Below, in pieces: positions 31,471-41,979 of a stretch of DNA of 64,000 nucleotides. Source of the stretch: Microcoleus sp. (GTDB lineage: Bacteria > Cyanobacteriota > Cyanobacteriia > Cyanobacteriales > Microcoleaceae); assembly GCA_042408215.1 (NCBI GenBank), contig JAYFMW010000030.1, positions 288,001 through 352,000 on the forward strand, read 5' to 3'. The stretch's first letter is position 1. Every line of letters starts with the position of its first letter. A model generated the notes under the pieces. It was not told the DNA's origin. It worked only from the letters and a program-made list of their open reading frames with translations, and ran no database searches. A program made the position numbers and the translations under genes.

Positions 31471-32862
31471 ATGGTAATGCCAGCTAGTTCAGAATTTGTG
31501 AAGCTTTGCCGATCGCAGGTGGCGATCTCCGTCAGTTTGGGAGCAACATTCAGCGCGGTGTACTTGACTGAGGAACTGGTAGAAGGCAGCGAGGCCAAGT
31601 TGGTGCCGATCGCGGTTTATCCAGAAACCTCTGTCCAAGGGGAAGAAAATCAGGAGTTGAGGCTACAATCTCCCGTCCCCTCGGCCTCGTCGCCGATGCC
31701 AAGGCTGCCGGCGTCGAGGGATCGGAGTCAGGAAGCATCAACGATGGGGGCGATCGCCCCAGAGTCGCTGCCCGGTTTTCAAAGCAATTCCAATCAGTGC
31801 CAAGGCCCGGAGAATGTGTGGCTGCAACGTCGGCAAATTGTGACACCTCTGATTCACGAGGGAGCAGTGATGGGACTTCTGGTCAGCGGTAGGCAAGACA
31901 GGCCTTGGAACGAGCGAGAGGAGGCGACTATGCAACAAATTGCTCGCACCTTGGCCCTAGCGTGCATTTTAGACCAGCGATCGCAGTGGATGCAGCAGGA
32001 ATTGCGCCAACAGCATCAACTCCAAGCTCAGATTTACGACACCATGCACAATTTGCTGCACCAGTTCAAAAGTCCGCTGACAGCGTTGCGAACTTTTGGC
32101 AAGCTGTTGATGAGGCGGCTGGTGCCGGAAGACAGAAACCGCGATGTAGCTTCTAGTATTGTCCGGGAGAGCGATCGCTTGCAAGATTTGCTGTTACAGT
32201 TCGATCGAACCGTGGACACCGGCGAAGCGAATCAGAGACTGCCATCTGGTACTTCAGACAGGGCAAAGTCCAATCTTGGATTAATTCCCCATTCTCCTCT
32301 GTCGCTGTCACCTGCGGCGAATGTAGAGGCATCCTGTTCGGTTGCAGAAGTTTTAAAACCGCTGTTAATTTCAGCCGAGGCGATCGCCAATGAAAGACAC
32401 CTGAAATTGCTGGCCGATATTCCTGTGGATTTGCTACCAGTCAGGGCTAATCCTAAAGCTTTGCGGGAAGTTTTGAGCAATTTAATTGACAATGCTTTGA
32501 AATACACCCCCGCCGACCGCCAAATTTATATTAAAGTAGGGTACAAGACAGTGTTCGGCGATCGCAGCGCCTACAGCAAAAGGCAGGCCATAGCAGTTGC
32601 TGTCAGCGACACCGGTCCGGGAATTCCCCCGCAGGATTTAGAGCATTTATTTGAGCGGCACTACCGGGGAGAAAAAGCGCAGACAGCAATTCCCGGAACA
32701 GGATTGGGTTTAGCGATCGCCCGCGATTTAGTCCGCCAAATGCAAGGAGACATAGAAGTATTTTCCCCAGTCAATCCTGAATGGCTACCCTCTGTGGGGT
32801 CTCATTTATACCCAACCGATCGCGGCACTACATTCGTGGTTTGGCTACCGCTTAATAAGTAA
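31471..32862 (+). CDS. hik2: GAF sensor histidine kinase, Hik2/CSK-like
   Basis: SSEFVKLCRSQV N-terminus, LLHQFKSPLTALRTFGKL H-box, DNALKYT, DTGPG, GTGLGL. Confidence 0.78.
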   Translation: MVMPASSEFVKLCRSQVAISVSLGATFSAVYLTEELVEGSEAKLVPIAVYPETSVQGEENQELRLQSPVPSASSPMPRLPASRDRSQEASTMGAIAPESLPGFQSNSNQCQGPENVWLQRRQIVTPLIHEGAVMGLLVSGRQDRPWNEREEATMQQIARTLALACILDQRSQWMQQELRQQHQLQAQIYDTMHNLLHQFKSPLTALRTFGKLLMRRLVPEDRNRDVASSIVRESDRLQDLLLQFDRTVDTGEANQRLPSGTSDRAKSNLGLIPHSPLSLSPAANVEASCSVAEVLKPLLISAEAIANERHLKLLADIPVDLLPVRANPKALREVLSNLIDNALKYTPADRQIYIKVGYKTVFGDRSAYSKRQAIAVAVSDTGPGIPPQDLEHLFERHYRGEKAQTAIPGTGLGLAIARDLVRQMQGDIEVFSPVNPEWLPSVGSHLYPTDRGTTFVVWLPLNK

Positions 32863-32890
32863 AGCGCTCTATTACTTGGAGACATTTTCT

Positions 32891-33583
32891 ATGAAGCACC
32901 AGCCTTTATTTGATAAAATTTCCAATTTTTCAAATTCTTTAGAATTTATCAAAAAACACTTTTTTAGAGTCCCATTTTTGGTCGCTTTCAACACTCTGAC
33001 TATACTAATGTTGGGTGGACTGAGCATATATGCCAAACTCAAAAACCAGGGAGATGGAGTTGAACGCCTGTTTAGCGATCCGTTTAATTTCTGGTTCCCT
33101 TACGAAGGCATTTTAACAGGATTTTCCGAAGTCCTGTGGTGCGTCGCCGTCACAACTTGTGCATTTACTTTCGGAGTGCTTCGCCAAAACAAATCCCGCA
33201 TTCGAGCCGAGAGCTTCTTATTTTTTAGTGCTTTATTGCTGGGAGTGTTTTTTCTGGATGACAGATTTCGGATGACTTTGATTCTTTCTGGTTTGGGGGT
33301 ATCTAAGAAATTAATTTATTTATGTTATGCGAGTGGAATCATCGTTTACGGAGTTAAGTTTTGGAGGTTCATCATCACCACTTCTTACTTGCCATTAATC
33401 GCAGCATTTATTTTATTTGCAATTTCCAGATTTGAAGATATATTTCCCGCCCAAAGTCAAGGAGTCCACGCAATGTTAGAAGATGGAACTAAGTTATTAG
33501 CTCTGCTCAATTTAGCGCTGTATTTTTGGCACGTATGTCATCAAGAAATTTGGCGCAATTTGCAGCAGAGTGAAGAGAATTAA
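32891..33583 (+). CDS. Hypothetical multi-pass membrane protein
   Basis: Several TM segments, LDDRF and LEDGTKL motifs. Confidence 0.75.
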   Translation: MKHQPLFDKISNFSNSLEFIKKHFFRVPFLVAFNTLTILMLGGLSIYAKLKNQGDGVERLFSDPFNFWFPYEGILTGFSEVLWCVAVTTCAFTFGVLRQNKSRIRAESFLFFSALLLGVFFLDDRFRMTLILSGLGVSKKLIYLCYASGIIVYGVKFWRFIITTSYLPLIAAFILFAISRFEDIFPAQSQGVHAMLEDGTKLLALLNLALYFWHVCHQEIWRNLQQSEEN

Positions 33584-33883
33584 TCCCAGCTAATTTTCCA
33601 CGATCTCAATTCCGGTTGCACCGTCAGGTGATTGTTGAGGGTTGACAGTTGACAGTTAACAGTTAACAGTTAACTGTTAACTCGAATTTACTATTCCGAT
33701 GAAGAGAGGATTTTATCTGACATGATCGGCGCTCGACTTCTTGCCGCCTTTTCCAGCCTGAAGATTGATCTGCGAGGTTGTTTCTGCCTTCTGCTTGAGT
33801 TGAAAGTTGCAAAAAAAGAATTGGCTGGTGTTAGGCTTGGATGAAGTCGATCGACTTTTTCAATATCCTAAAAACAAAATGCC

Positions 33884-33988
33884 CAATTACCAATTACCAA
33901 TTACCAATTACCAATTACCAATTACCAATTACCAATTACCAATTACCAATTACCAATTACCAATTACCAATTACCAATTACCAATTAC
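33884..33988. repeat. (AATTACC)n STRR tract
   Basis: Perfect tandem heptamers. Confidence 0.95.
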
Positions 33989-34214
33989 CCATGCCCCATC
34001 CCGGAGCAACGCTAGAGCCCAATTCTCATCTCCTGTTGTTTAGATTTTTTTTAAGCTGTCAAATTCCGCGCCCGTCGAGCTGGAAAGCCAAGGAGTTTGA
34101 CACCACGTCTCAATCGGCTGAGTCAGGCGATTTGAGATTGTCGATCGAAATCGGAAAGCACCCGCCAGAATGTCCAAAATTATTGATATTTTGCATTTAG
34201 GTGCTGTCTACATC

Positions 34215-34243
34215 TTGACAAAATACCCCCCAAGTGATAAAAT
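34215..34243 (+). promoter_or_regulatory. Predicted strong sigma70-type promoter
   Basis: TTGACA-17 bp-TAAAAT with extended -10 TG, upstream of ORF 34349. Confidence 0.55.
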
Positions 34244-34348
34244 AAGTAAAACTTTTGATGAGGACGTAGACTGTCCCACCAAAAAACTAGCGCTTCTGAA
34301 GTTAAAAAACAGTTAAAAACAAAATATTGACTCTTGTAGATACCAACC

Positions 34349-34543
34349 ATGCAGACTCAAACTTCCCCATTTCTCACCGAACAAATAGTTAGTCGCATAT
34401 TTGCGACAGGCGAACTGAGCCGTGCTGACAGACAAAAGATTCAGTCAGCACTCTTAAATGATTCCATCGACGAAAATGAATTGAGTCTAATAGAAAAAAT
34501 CATGGAGGGAGTGGTCAAGGGAATCCTCGATGTAATGTATTAA
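34349..34543 (+). CDS. Small hypothetical protein (64 aa)
   Basis: EQIVSRIFATGELSRADRQ resembles a small cyanobacterial family; consensus promoter upstream. Confidence 0.7.
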   Translation: MQTQTSPFLTEQIVSRIFATGELSRADRQKIQSALLNDSIDENELSLIEKIMEGVVKGILDVMY

Positions 34544-34551
34544 TAATAGCC

Positions 34552-34584
34552 AGATCCCCGACTTCTTAAAGAAGTCGGGGATCT
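34552..34584. repeat. Palindromic REP-like element / possible bidirectional terminator
   Basis: AGATCCCCGACTTCT TAA AGAAGTCGGGGATCT between convergent genes. Confidence 0.8.
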
Positions 34585-34660
34585 AACATTTTCCTACTGA
34601 TTACTGACTACTGACTACTGACTTCTGCTGTAATATCTCAGACAATCACTACCTAAACTT

Positions 34661-34939
34661 TCAAAAATCCTCATCTGGGCCCTCATCTGAAGTCTCATCA
34701 AGGCGCACAAGTTCAGAAGGGGGTCGATCGCTACTCCAAGCCCACCACACGCAACCGCACTGACAGTGATAAAATTCCTGCCACTTGCGACGGTTAGACT
34801 CAGTGTATACTGGCGATCGCCGATTAATCCAGACACCCAGCGCATCCGTGCAGGTGGCACCGCACTTGGGACAGCAAAACTCAGTAGCGTGAACCGCCGC
34901 CGCAGCCCATTCGGGAGGATGTGGAGCAAAAGCTTCCAT
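34661..34939 (-). CDS. Conserved hypothetical Cys-rich (putative Zn-binding) protein
   Basis: CCPKCG, WINRRSPV, WQEFYHCQCG..WWAWSSDRP. Confidence 0.78.
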   Translation of the reverse strand: MEAFAPHPPEWAAAAVHATEFCCPKCGATCTDALGVWINRRSPVYTESNRRKWQEFYHCQCGCVWWAWSSDRPPSELVRLDETSDEGPDEDF

Positions 34940-35300
34940 GTGTTAGAGATTCTAATTAAACTGTTGGTAGTTAACTGTTTGAGGCTTTCAAGACTATTGC
35001 CAACAGTTAAGCTGACAGAAAAGCAAATCTTGAAGTTGAAATCAATTATAATATCACTGGTCTATTTTAAACCTTTACCAGTACCCGATCGCCACATTTA
35101 CACAGGCATTGCACAAATGTTACAGCAAATCAAGGGTGGCCATTGCTTGACGCAAGCTCGCGATCGCATAACTCTGCTGTTAAGTGCATAATCCCGATTA
35201 CAGTTAATTTTTTTGACATTTACTCTCAAATCAAGAGTATAACTGATTTGATACAAGGCATCGGCCAACACTCTTAATTGTTATTTCAAGGATCGGGCGC

Positions 35301-36899
35301 ATGGGTATCTACAATTTTATCTCGTTTCTGGGCATATTTGGCTTGTGCGCGATCGCCTGGATTTTTTCAGAAAACCGACAGTCCAAGTATATTCCCTGGC
35401 GCGTCATCATCTGGGGTATTGGCCTGCAATTAGTCTTGGGATTTTTCATATTCCTGTTTCCCCCAACTCGCATTGCTTTAGAGGGGTTTACTAGCTTACT
35501 AGACGGCGTATTCACCGCTGCTGACGCTGGAGCAAGATTTGTATTCGGCAAAAACATTGTACCAATACCCGGTCAAGACCCGCCAGTTAATTTAGGATAT
35601 ATTTTCGCCTTTCGAGCTTTGCCAACAGTGGTCTTTTTTTCGGGATTAATGGCTTTGCTTTACAACATCGGCGTCATTCAAATTGTTACCGAAGTTTTCG
35701 CCAAAATCTTTTATCTGACAATGCGTTTGAGCGGTGCAGAAGCTCTCAGCGGTGCTGCCAATATTTTCGTAGGAATAGAAGCAGCAATTGTCGTCAAGCC
35801 TTATTTGGCAGACATGACTCGTTCTGAACTTTGTGCAATTCTCTCTTGCTGTTTTGGGACGGCTGCTTCTTCAACTTTAGCAATTTACGTCAGTTTCCTC
35901 AAGCCAGTTTTTCCAAATATTTTAGGGCATTTAGTTTCAGCTTCAATTATTGCGATTCCGGCTTGCTTTGTCCTCTCTAAAATCTTAGTTCCCGAAACAG
36001 GCGTGCCGCTGACAATGGGCGGCATTCCCAAGGAAGAACGAAAGCCTCAAGGCCACGAGTTTATCGGTGAAGAAATTACCGAAAATGACGGCAATAACCA
36101 TAAACAAGAGACAGTTGGTGGAGAACCAATCGAACGAGTTAGCCCTTTGGATGCAGCAATCATCGGCGCCTTAGACGGGGTAAAGATGGCAGTGGCGATC
36201 GCAGCGGTTTTGATTTTGATTTTAGGCTTGGTTTCCTTGGTAAATCAAGCTTTTGGAGCCTTAGCTAGCTTGCAGTCTTCAGAGAATATACTGTTGCAGC
36301 CGATCGGCACAATCTTCAGTTTTGTCACCCTACAAAACATTCAAGGAGCCTTATTTTACCCCCTGACTTTATTAACCGGAGTTCCCCTTGAAGATTCTTG
36401 GATAGCTTCAGTAATTATCGGACGGCGACTATTAGAAACAGCGATTCCCCCTTACCAAAGTTTAGCAGAAGCGGCGGCGAAAGGACTGGTGAGTTCTCGC
36501 ACAGTATTAATTGTCAGTTACGCCCTTTCCGGCTTCGCGCACCTCGCCTCCGTCGGCATATTTGTCGGCGGCACAATCGCCCTAATTCCTTCTCGCCGGA
36601 AAGACATTTCCGAACTTGGTTGGAAAGCATTATTTGTCGGCACCTTAGCCACAATGATGATTGCTTGTATTGCCGGCTTATTTGACACTGGAGACCCCAG
36701 CATTTTAGGCGCTAAAACAGCCCCCGCTGCCCCGCTAACAGCACCAGTTTCCCCAAAACCGCCGGCACCCCAAGGCGTTAATTCAACGCCGTCAGTTGCT
36801 CCAGCAATTGCCAGTCCGAAGCCCTCCCCTAATGGTGAAAAAGCGAGTCCAAAAGCTAATAGTAAATCTCCCTCTCCAGAATCCAAGAAAAGCCCTTAA
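35301..36899 (+). CDS. nupC: Concentrative Na+/H+ nucleoside transporter (CNT/NupC family)
   Basis: GIGLQL, GARFVFG, FAFRALPTVVFFS, ANIFVG, YALSGFA; Pro/Ser-rich tail. Confidence 0.9.
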   Translation: MGIYNFISFLGIFGLCAIAWIFSENRQSKYIPWRVIIWGIGLQLVLGFFIFLFPPTRIALEGFTSLLDGVFTAADAGARFVFGKNIVPIPGQDPPVNLGYIFAFRALPTVVFFSGLMALLYNIGVIQIVTEVFAKIFYLTMRLSGAEALSGAANIFVGIEAAIVVKPYLADMTRSELCAILSCCFGTAASSTLAIYVSFLKPVFPNILGHLVSASIIAIPACFVLSKILVPETGVPLTMGGIPKEERKPQGHEFIGEEITENDGNNHKQETVGGEPIERVSPLDAAIIGALDGVKMAVAIAAVLILILGLVSLVNQAFGALASLQSSENILLQPIGTIFSFVTLQNIQGALFYPLTLLTGVPLEDSWIASVIIGRRLLETAIPPYQSLAEAAAKGLVSSRTVLIVSYALSGFAHLASVGIFVGGTIALIPSRRKDISELGWKALFVGTLATMMIACIAGLFDTGDPSILGAKTAPAAPLTAPVSPKPPAPQGVNSTPSVAPAIASPKPSPNGEKASPKANSKSPSPESKKSP

Positions 36900-36916
36900 T
36901 ATCTTCTAAGAACTCC

Positions 36917-37163
36917 GTAGTGGCGGGTTTGAGAGATTGTCAATTATTGACAAATATTGTAGGTGAAACCCGCCCCTACAATTCTGTGAAAAATGTACGC
37001 GGGGATTTATCTTTGGGTGAGGGCGGGTTTGAGAGATTGTCGATTATTGACAAATATTCTAGGTGAAACCCGCCCCTACAAGCGGGGATTTATCTTTGGG
37101 TGAGGGCGGGTTTGAGAGATTGTTAATTATTGACAAATATTGTAGGTGAAACCCGCCCCTACA
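36917..37163. repeat. Three tandem REP-like units GGCGGGTTT...AAACCCGCCCCTACA
   Basis: Three near-identical hairpin units seen directly. Confidence 0.9.
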
Positions 37164-37277
37164 AGCCCCTGACATATATTATTGTTTTTATGCGGATGCA
37201 ATCACCAATTCCCAATTCCCCATTACCCATTACCAATTCCCCATTACCAATTCCCCATTACCAATTCCCGAAAATTT

Positions 37278-37883
37278 ATGAATCCCGAACCTGAAATTCG
37301 CCGCCTATTAGATCTCATGCCCGCCTCGGGCAGGATGATGAGTAAAATTATTAATAAGCCTCAACAATCGACGGTAATTGAGTGCGATTTTCCTTTACCT
37401 TGGAATCGCGATCGCCCAATTTACATTAATTTTGACCTGTGGAGGCTTTTGTCTAAGCCGGAGCGGGATTTATTGACATTGCGTACTGTAAGTTTCCTCG
37501 GCAATTTTAAGTGGTTTAAACTGGATGTTTATCAAGGGGCTGCACTAGCTGGAATTGTCGGAACCGTTGTAGAATTGTGGCAAAGCGATCCGGTGGGAAT
37601 TGCGATCGCGGGCGGTTTGACGGGACTGGCGATGACTCGAATTTGGCGCGACAACCGCAGTTCTCAAGTAGAATTAGATGCGGATGAAACGGCGATTCGC
37701 GTGGCTCTAAGGCGTGGTTACAGCGAAGGAGAAGCCGCCAGACATTTGTTGTCAGCGATTGAAGCTGTGGCGCAGATTGAACAGCGCAGTTTGGATTTTA
37801 ACGAGTTGATTCGGTGTCAAAACTTAAAGGTGATATCGAATATTTCGGCGGTGGGTGTGCCCGATAGTGTTAGGAAAGATTGA
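37278..37883 (+). CDS. DUF3318 domain protein
   Basis: EIRRLLDLMPASGRM, INFDLW, ELDAD, RCQNL. Confidence 0.88.
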   Translation: MNPEPEIRRLLDLMPASGRMMSKIINKPQQSTVIECDFPLPWNRDRPIYINFDLWRLLSKPERDLLTLRTVSFLGNFKWFKLDVYQGAALAGIVGTVVELWQSDPVGIAIAGGLTGLAMTRIWRDNRSSQVELDADETAIRVALRRGYSEGEAARHLLSAIEAVAQIEQRSLDFNELIRCQNLKVISNISAVGVPDSVRKD

Positions 37884-37906
37884 AAATACTATTTCACAAA
37901 CGATCG

Positions 37907-38750
37907 ATCGTGAGTCCCGCAGCCAAAGGACACAAAAGTGTTGTGTCCCTACAGATTAATATTTATTGTACCATTTGTAGGGACACGGCACTGCCGTGTC
38001 CTTGGAAGAAATCGGATAATAATTGTTATATTTAACGACTTACAGCCAATTCAAAAACAATCGTGAGTCCCGCAGCCAAAGGACACAACAGTGTTGTGTC
38101 CCTACAGATTAATATTTATTGTACCATTTGTAGGGACACGGCACTGCCGTGTCCTTGGAATAAATCGGATAATAATTGTTATATTTAACGACTTACAGCC
38201 AATTCAAAAACAATCGTGAGTCCCGCAGCCAAAGGACACAACAGTGTTGTGTCCCTACAGATTAATATTTATTGTACCATTTGTAGGGACACGGCACTGC
38301 CGTGTCCTTGGAAGAAATCGGATAATAATTGTTATATTTAACGACTTACAGCCAATTCAAAAACAATCGTGAGTCCCGCAGCCAAAGGACACAACAGTGT
38401 TGTGTCCCTACAGATTAATATTTATTGTACCATTTGTAGGGACACGGCACTGCCGTGTCCTTGGAAGAAATCGGATAATAATTGTTATATTTAACGACTT
38501 ACAGCCAATTCAAAAACAATCGTGAGTCCCGCAGCCAAAGGACACAACAGTGTTGTGTCCCTACAGATTAATATTTATTGTACCATTTGTAGGGACACGG
38601 CACTGCCGTGTCCTTGGAGGAAATCGGATAAGAATTATTATATTTAACGACTTACAGCCAATTCAAAAACAATCGTGAGTCCCGCAGCCAAAGGACACAA
38701 CAGTGTTGTGTCCCTACAGATTAATATTTATTGTACCATTTGTAGGGACA
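37907..38750. repeat. Tandem array of ~5.5 near-identical 153-bp units (BIME-like)
   Basis: Units start at 37907, 38060, 38213, 38366, 38519, 38672; each has two facing REP hairpins. Confidence 0.95.
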
Positions 38751-38761
38751 CTCAAGCGTGC

Positions 38762-38970
38762 CCATTGGTGTCAACTTAAGCCTGAAAGCCCTGAGAAATC
38801 TGGTTTTTACCTGAGTCTAGATCCCCCTAAATCCCCCTTAAGAAGGGGAGTAGGGGGTGACTTTGATCGGACTCCTGTCCCCCCCTTCTTAAGGGGGGTT
38901 AGGGGGGATCTGGCCTTAATCGTCAAACAGTAGTCTGTGACAGGGTTTGGCCTTAAGTTGACACCAATGG
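38762..38970. mobile_element. Second copy (inverted) of the CCATTGGTGTCAACTTAA-TIR MITE
   Basis: Same TIRs, interior is a diverged reverse complement of 6089-6287; interrupts the last REP of the array. Confidence 0.85.
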
Positions 38971-39456
38971 GCACTGCCGTGTCCTTTACAGCACTTAACA
39001 AGACTAAAAACTGCCTCGAAAGTCATATTTTTTATAAAAAAATGTTCTATCGCTCTAATTTTAGCATTCATGCTACTAACATTGCAGCTTTTTTGAAAAC
39101 CTTACATGAATTTTGAGCGTAACTGTTTGTTTTCGGCACTTCATAACGGTTTTTAGTGCTTGTATTTGCATTTTAAACGCCTATTTTGAACGTTTATTTT
39201 GAGCAATTAAATAAAAATTTATGGCAAGTTTTTTAATATTAAATTATGTAAAATAATGAATTCAAATTTGATTTGCGTCCTAAGATAACGTCATTGCTCA
39301 ACTCGATATAGTTTCCGATGGCCCTCCGGCAATCGAGAAAAAATCATCAGTTAGGACACATATTTATTGCAGTAGCTCGATACTCGATCGCGCTCGCACT
39401 CGCGTGCAAGTCTGTCACAGTCCTATGAGCAAACATACCCAATTTACAATACAGCC

Positions 39457-39867
39457 ATGAACACCCCAGAAACTCCCAATGCTTGGATTATTTACCGACT
39501 CCTGCCCAACTTTCAGCGCTTACCCGTCGCGCAATTTCGCAGCCGCAGTGAAGCAGAATCTTCCCTGAAAGCCATCCGGGAACTGCTACCCAATAGCGAA
39601 TTCATACTTGCTTTCGAGGTTGGGCTAGAAAATCCAACTAACGAACTCATTCAGCCCCCTGCTAAAGAGCAAAACTTGCCAAGTTCAGTTAACCGAGAAC
39701 TCTTGAAACTTTTCATTATCAGTTCTCCTCCTGTTGTTTCCCGCGTCATTCATTCTTTTCACCGCGATAATTTTGCCTGCGTTTCTGACTGGAGTCCCCT
39801 TATCCCAACTCAAAATCCCGGTGAAGTGATGAGCCTCTTAATTAAATATTTTGCCGCTAACTCTTAG
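39457..39867 (+). CDS. Hypothetical protein (136 aa), apparently two fused small modules
   Basis: WIIYRLLPNFQR..VAQFRSRSEAE module and DWSPLIPTQNPGEVMSLL module. Confidence 0.65.
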   Translation: MNTPETPNAWIIYRLLPNFQRLPVAQFRSRSEAESSLKAIRELLPNSEFILAFEVGLENPTNELIQPPAKEQNLPSSVNRELLKLFIISSPPVVSRVIHSFHRDNFACVSDWSPLIPTQNPGEVMSLLIKYFAANS

Positions 39868-39970
39868 CATTCGATCGAACAGTCTCGATCGTATTGATAG
39901 CGGTAAGGTGTGCACTGTACACCCTACATCTGAACAACTCATCATATCATCTCCAGTCGATTAACCCTAA

Positions 39971-40072
39971 CAGGACTTACGCGCGGGGGGCAAAAAACCC
40001 GGTTTCTACGTCAAGATTTCTCGATTTTATCCAGAATTTCTCTCAGAAACCGGGTTTTTTGCGTAAGTTCTG
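39971..40072. mobile_element. MITE, CAGGACTTACGC TIR family
   Basis: caggacttacgc...gcgtaagttctg with CCTAA duplicated (39966-39970, 40073-40077). Confidence 0.8.
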
Positions 40073-40168
40073 CCTAATATGGTAGGGGCGAGCGATGCCA
40101 ACAATATCTGCCAATAATTGACGATCTCAAAAACCAGCCCCGGCTTTTAATCGCGGTCGTTCGCCGAT

Positions 40169-41965
40169 TTAATCACAATGATAAACTTGATATTCATACC
40201 CATCTACTGATGGCAAATCACGAGATTCAAGTTGACACTTTTGCGCTTCTAAGTTGACAGGTGCGCGAAAATTAATCAACCACAAATCTAGCGGACGTTG
40301 CAATTTGCTAAGTGTTTTGTCAAGAGTCGCTGCTACTAATTCCGGTGTCTTCCTTTGATGATTAGCCAAAAGAAATAGAGGAGAATCCGAAAGTTGAACT
40401 TCCTCCTTCTTCCTGACCTCTGTTACATCCGTTACATCCGTTACAGAATCCGTTGCCGAACTTTCCCATTCCCACCCTATCCCCATCAATTCTCCGATTT
40501 CTACATGAGTTTTCTGAGTAGTAGCAATCAACAGGGGAACTTTCGATACTTCGCGGATCATCGGAACTAAAAGGTCCGGTTTGTAATATTTCCGATAACC
40601 GAGATTAGAATTTACTGTGACACCGCCGATCAAACCCATTAATAAAATTAGCAAAACTGCTTTTTTGCCAGCAATTTTGATAGGTAAATTAAACCATTGA
40701 CTTTTTACTGTAGGTGTGTTAAAAATAACTGCCAAGGCTGAACCTAACAATAAGATTACCCCTGGAAAGTAAACAAAATTGTATCTAGCGCCGCGAGTTA
40801 GGTCAATACCAAGAATATATGTAAAACTAAAAAATAGCACAATTGCTGCTAGTACAAATCCGCCGAAAATCACTGTGCCTAAACGATTATCTTCCGTTTT
40901 TAAGGAAGTTTTAATACCGCCAATCAGCAGGGGAAGCGCCCAGATAAAATAGATTGTCATGGCGATTAAAGACACAATTACTACTGGGAGATTTGGCGAT
41001 TCAACGGGCAGCAAAGATATCACAGTAATCCATCCCGCCACAGCTTGAAAAATCGGACTTATCCAATCTAACCACGAGTTATCGCTACTCACAATCCAAT
41101 TGGTTAATTCGTTGCCATACTTGTTGGATAAAAATATCGGCATCCAAAATAAACCGCCCGCAACCGTGCCGATCGCAACTGCCAATAATCGCCAGAGGAT
41201 TTGAGATTGCCAAATATTAGGCTGATTTTTGTTAGCTTCAAATTCACTGTTTAAAATTGATAATTTCCAATTAAATTGCTGCGATAACACAGCAATTAAC
41301 GCTATTGCTTCCGCACACAAAGTCAGGGCAAAAAAGTAGTGTACTGCCAGACCAAAACAGTTAAAAAATACCCATAATATCACCGTCGAAACTGGCAATG
41401 ACTCGCGATGTTTAACCTGTTTTGCAGCTAATATAAAGCAAAATAGAGAAGCAATAACTAATAAAATCCCTAAGGTGTAATGGCGAGCTTCTTGAGCGAG
41501 ATAAATGCCGTAGGGAGAAACTGCCATCATCGCGGCCGCACATTGACCAACTAAACTAGAATTGAAAGCAAATTTGCCCAAAAAGTAAATAGCTGGAACT
41601 GAAATTACACCCAATAATGCTGGGAGCGATCGCGCAATCCAAACTAAACTATCCCCAGAAGGCCCAAACAGTCGCATCCACCAGTGGGCGAGCATAAAAT
41701 ACACTGGTGGATGATTGCTTTCTAGCAACAAATTGCTGAGTACGTCGGTAGTGTCGGCATCGGGGCTCCATTGCAGCGGTTCTAGTAAAGTAGAAAGATC
41801 GATCGCCCGATCGATCGGCACCCCTCGAAAACTGTTTCCCAAACTAAAAACTAGAGTCGAAAACTCATCCGTCCACAGCGGTTTCGAGTCCAAATTGGCA
41901 AAGCGCAACATCAAGGCGATCGCCGTCCACAGTAATAGCAATAACAATTGTTGGTTCTTAATCAT
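40169..41965 (-). CDS. GT-C fold glycosyltransferase (family 39/PMT-like)
   Basis: LWTDE, HPPVYF, QEARHY motifs, many TM segments. Confidence 0.88.
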   Translation of the reverse strand: MIKNQQLLLLLLWTAIALMLRFANLDSKPLWTDEFSTLVFSLGNSFRGVPIDRAIDLSTLLEPLQWSPDADTTDVLSNLLLESNHPPVYFMLAHWWMRLFGPSGDSLVWIARSLPALLGVISVPAIYFLGKFAFNSSLVGQCAAAMMAVSPYGIYLAQEARHYTLGILLVIASLFCFILAAKQVKHRESLPVSTVILWVFFNCFGLAVHYFFALTLCAEAIALIAVLSQQFNWKLSILNSEFEANKNQPNIWQSQILWRLLAVAIGTVAGGLFWMPIFLSNKYGNELTNWIVSSDNSWLDWISPIFQAVAGWITVISLLPVESPNLPVVIVSLIAMTIYFIWALPLLIGGIKTSLKTEDNRLGTVIFGGFVLAAIVLFFSFTYILGIDLTRGARYNFVYFPGVILLLGSALAVIFNTPTVKSQWFNLPIKIAGKKAVLLILLMGLIGGVTVNSNLGYRKYYKPDLLVPMIREVSKVPLLIATTQKTHVEIGELMGIGWEWESSATDSVTDVTDVTEVRKKEEVQLSDSPLFLLANHQRKTPELVAATLDKTLSKLQRPLDLWLINFRAPVNLEAQKCQLESRDLPSVDGYEYQVYHCD

Positions 41966-41979
41966 TAATTCTCCATTAC

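Noticed and set aside
33807..34200. ORFs 33807-34043 and 33841-34200
   Set aside because: Mostly (AATTACC)n translation; LVLGLDEVDRLFQYP may be a tiny AAA-like remnant but is too short to call.
37907..38750. 153-bp array as a CRISPR array
   Set aside because: Whole units are near-identical with no unique spacers and no cas genes nearby.
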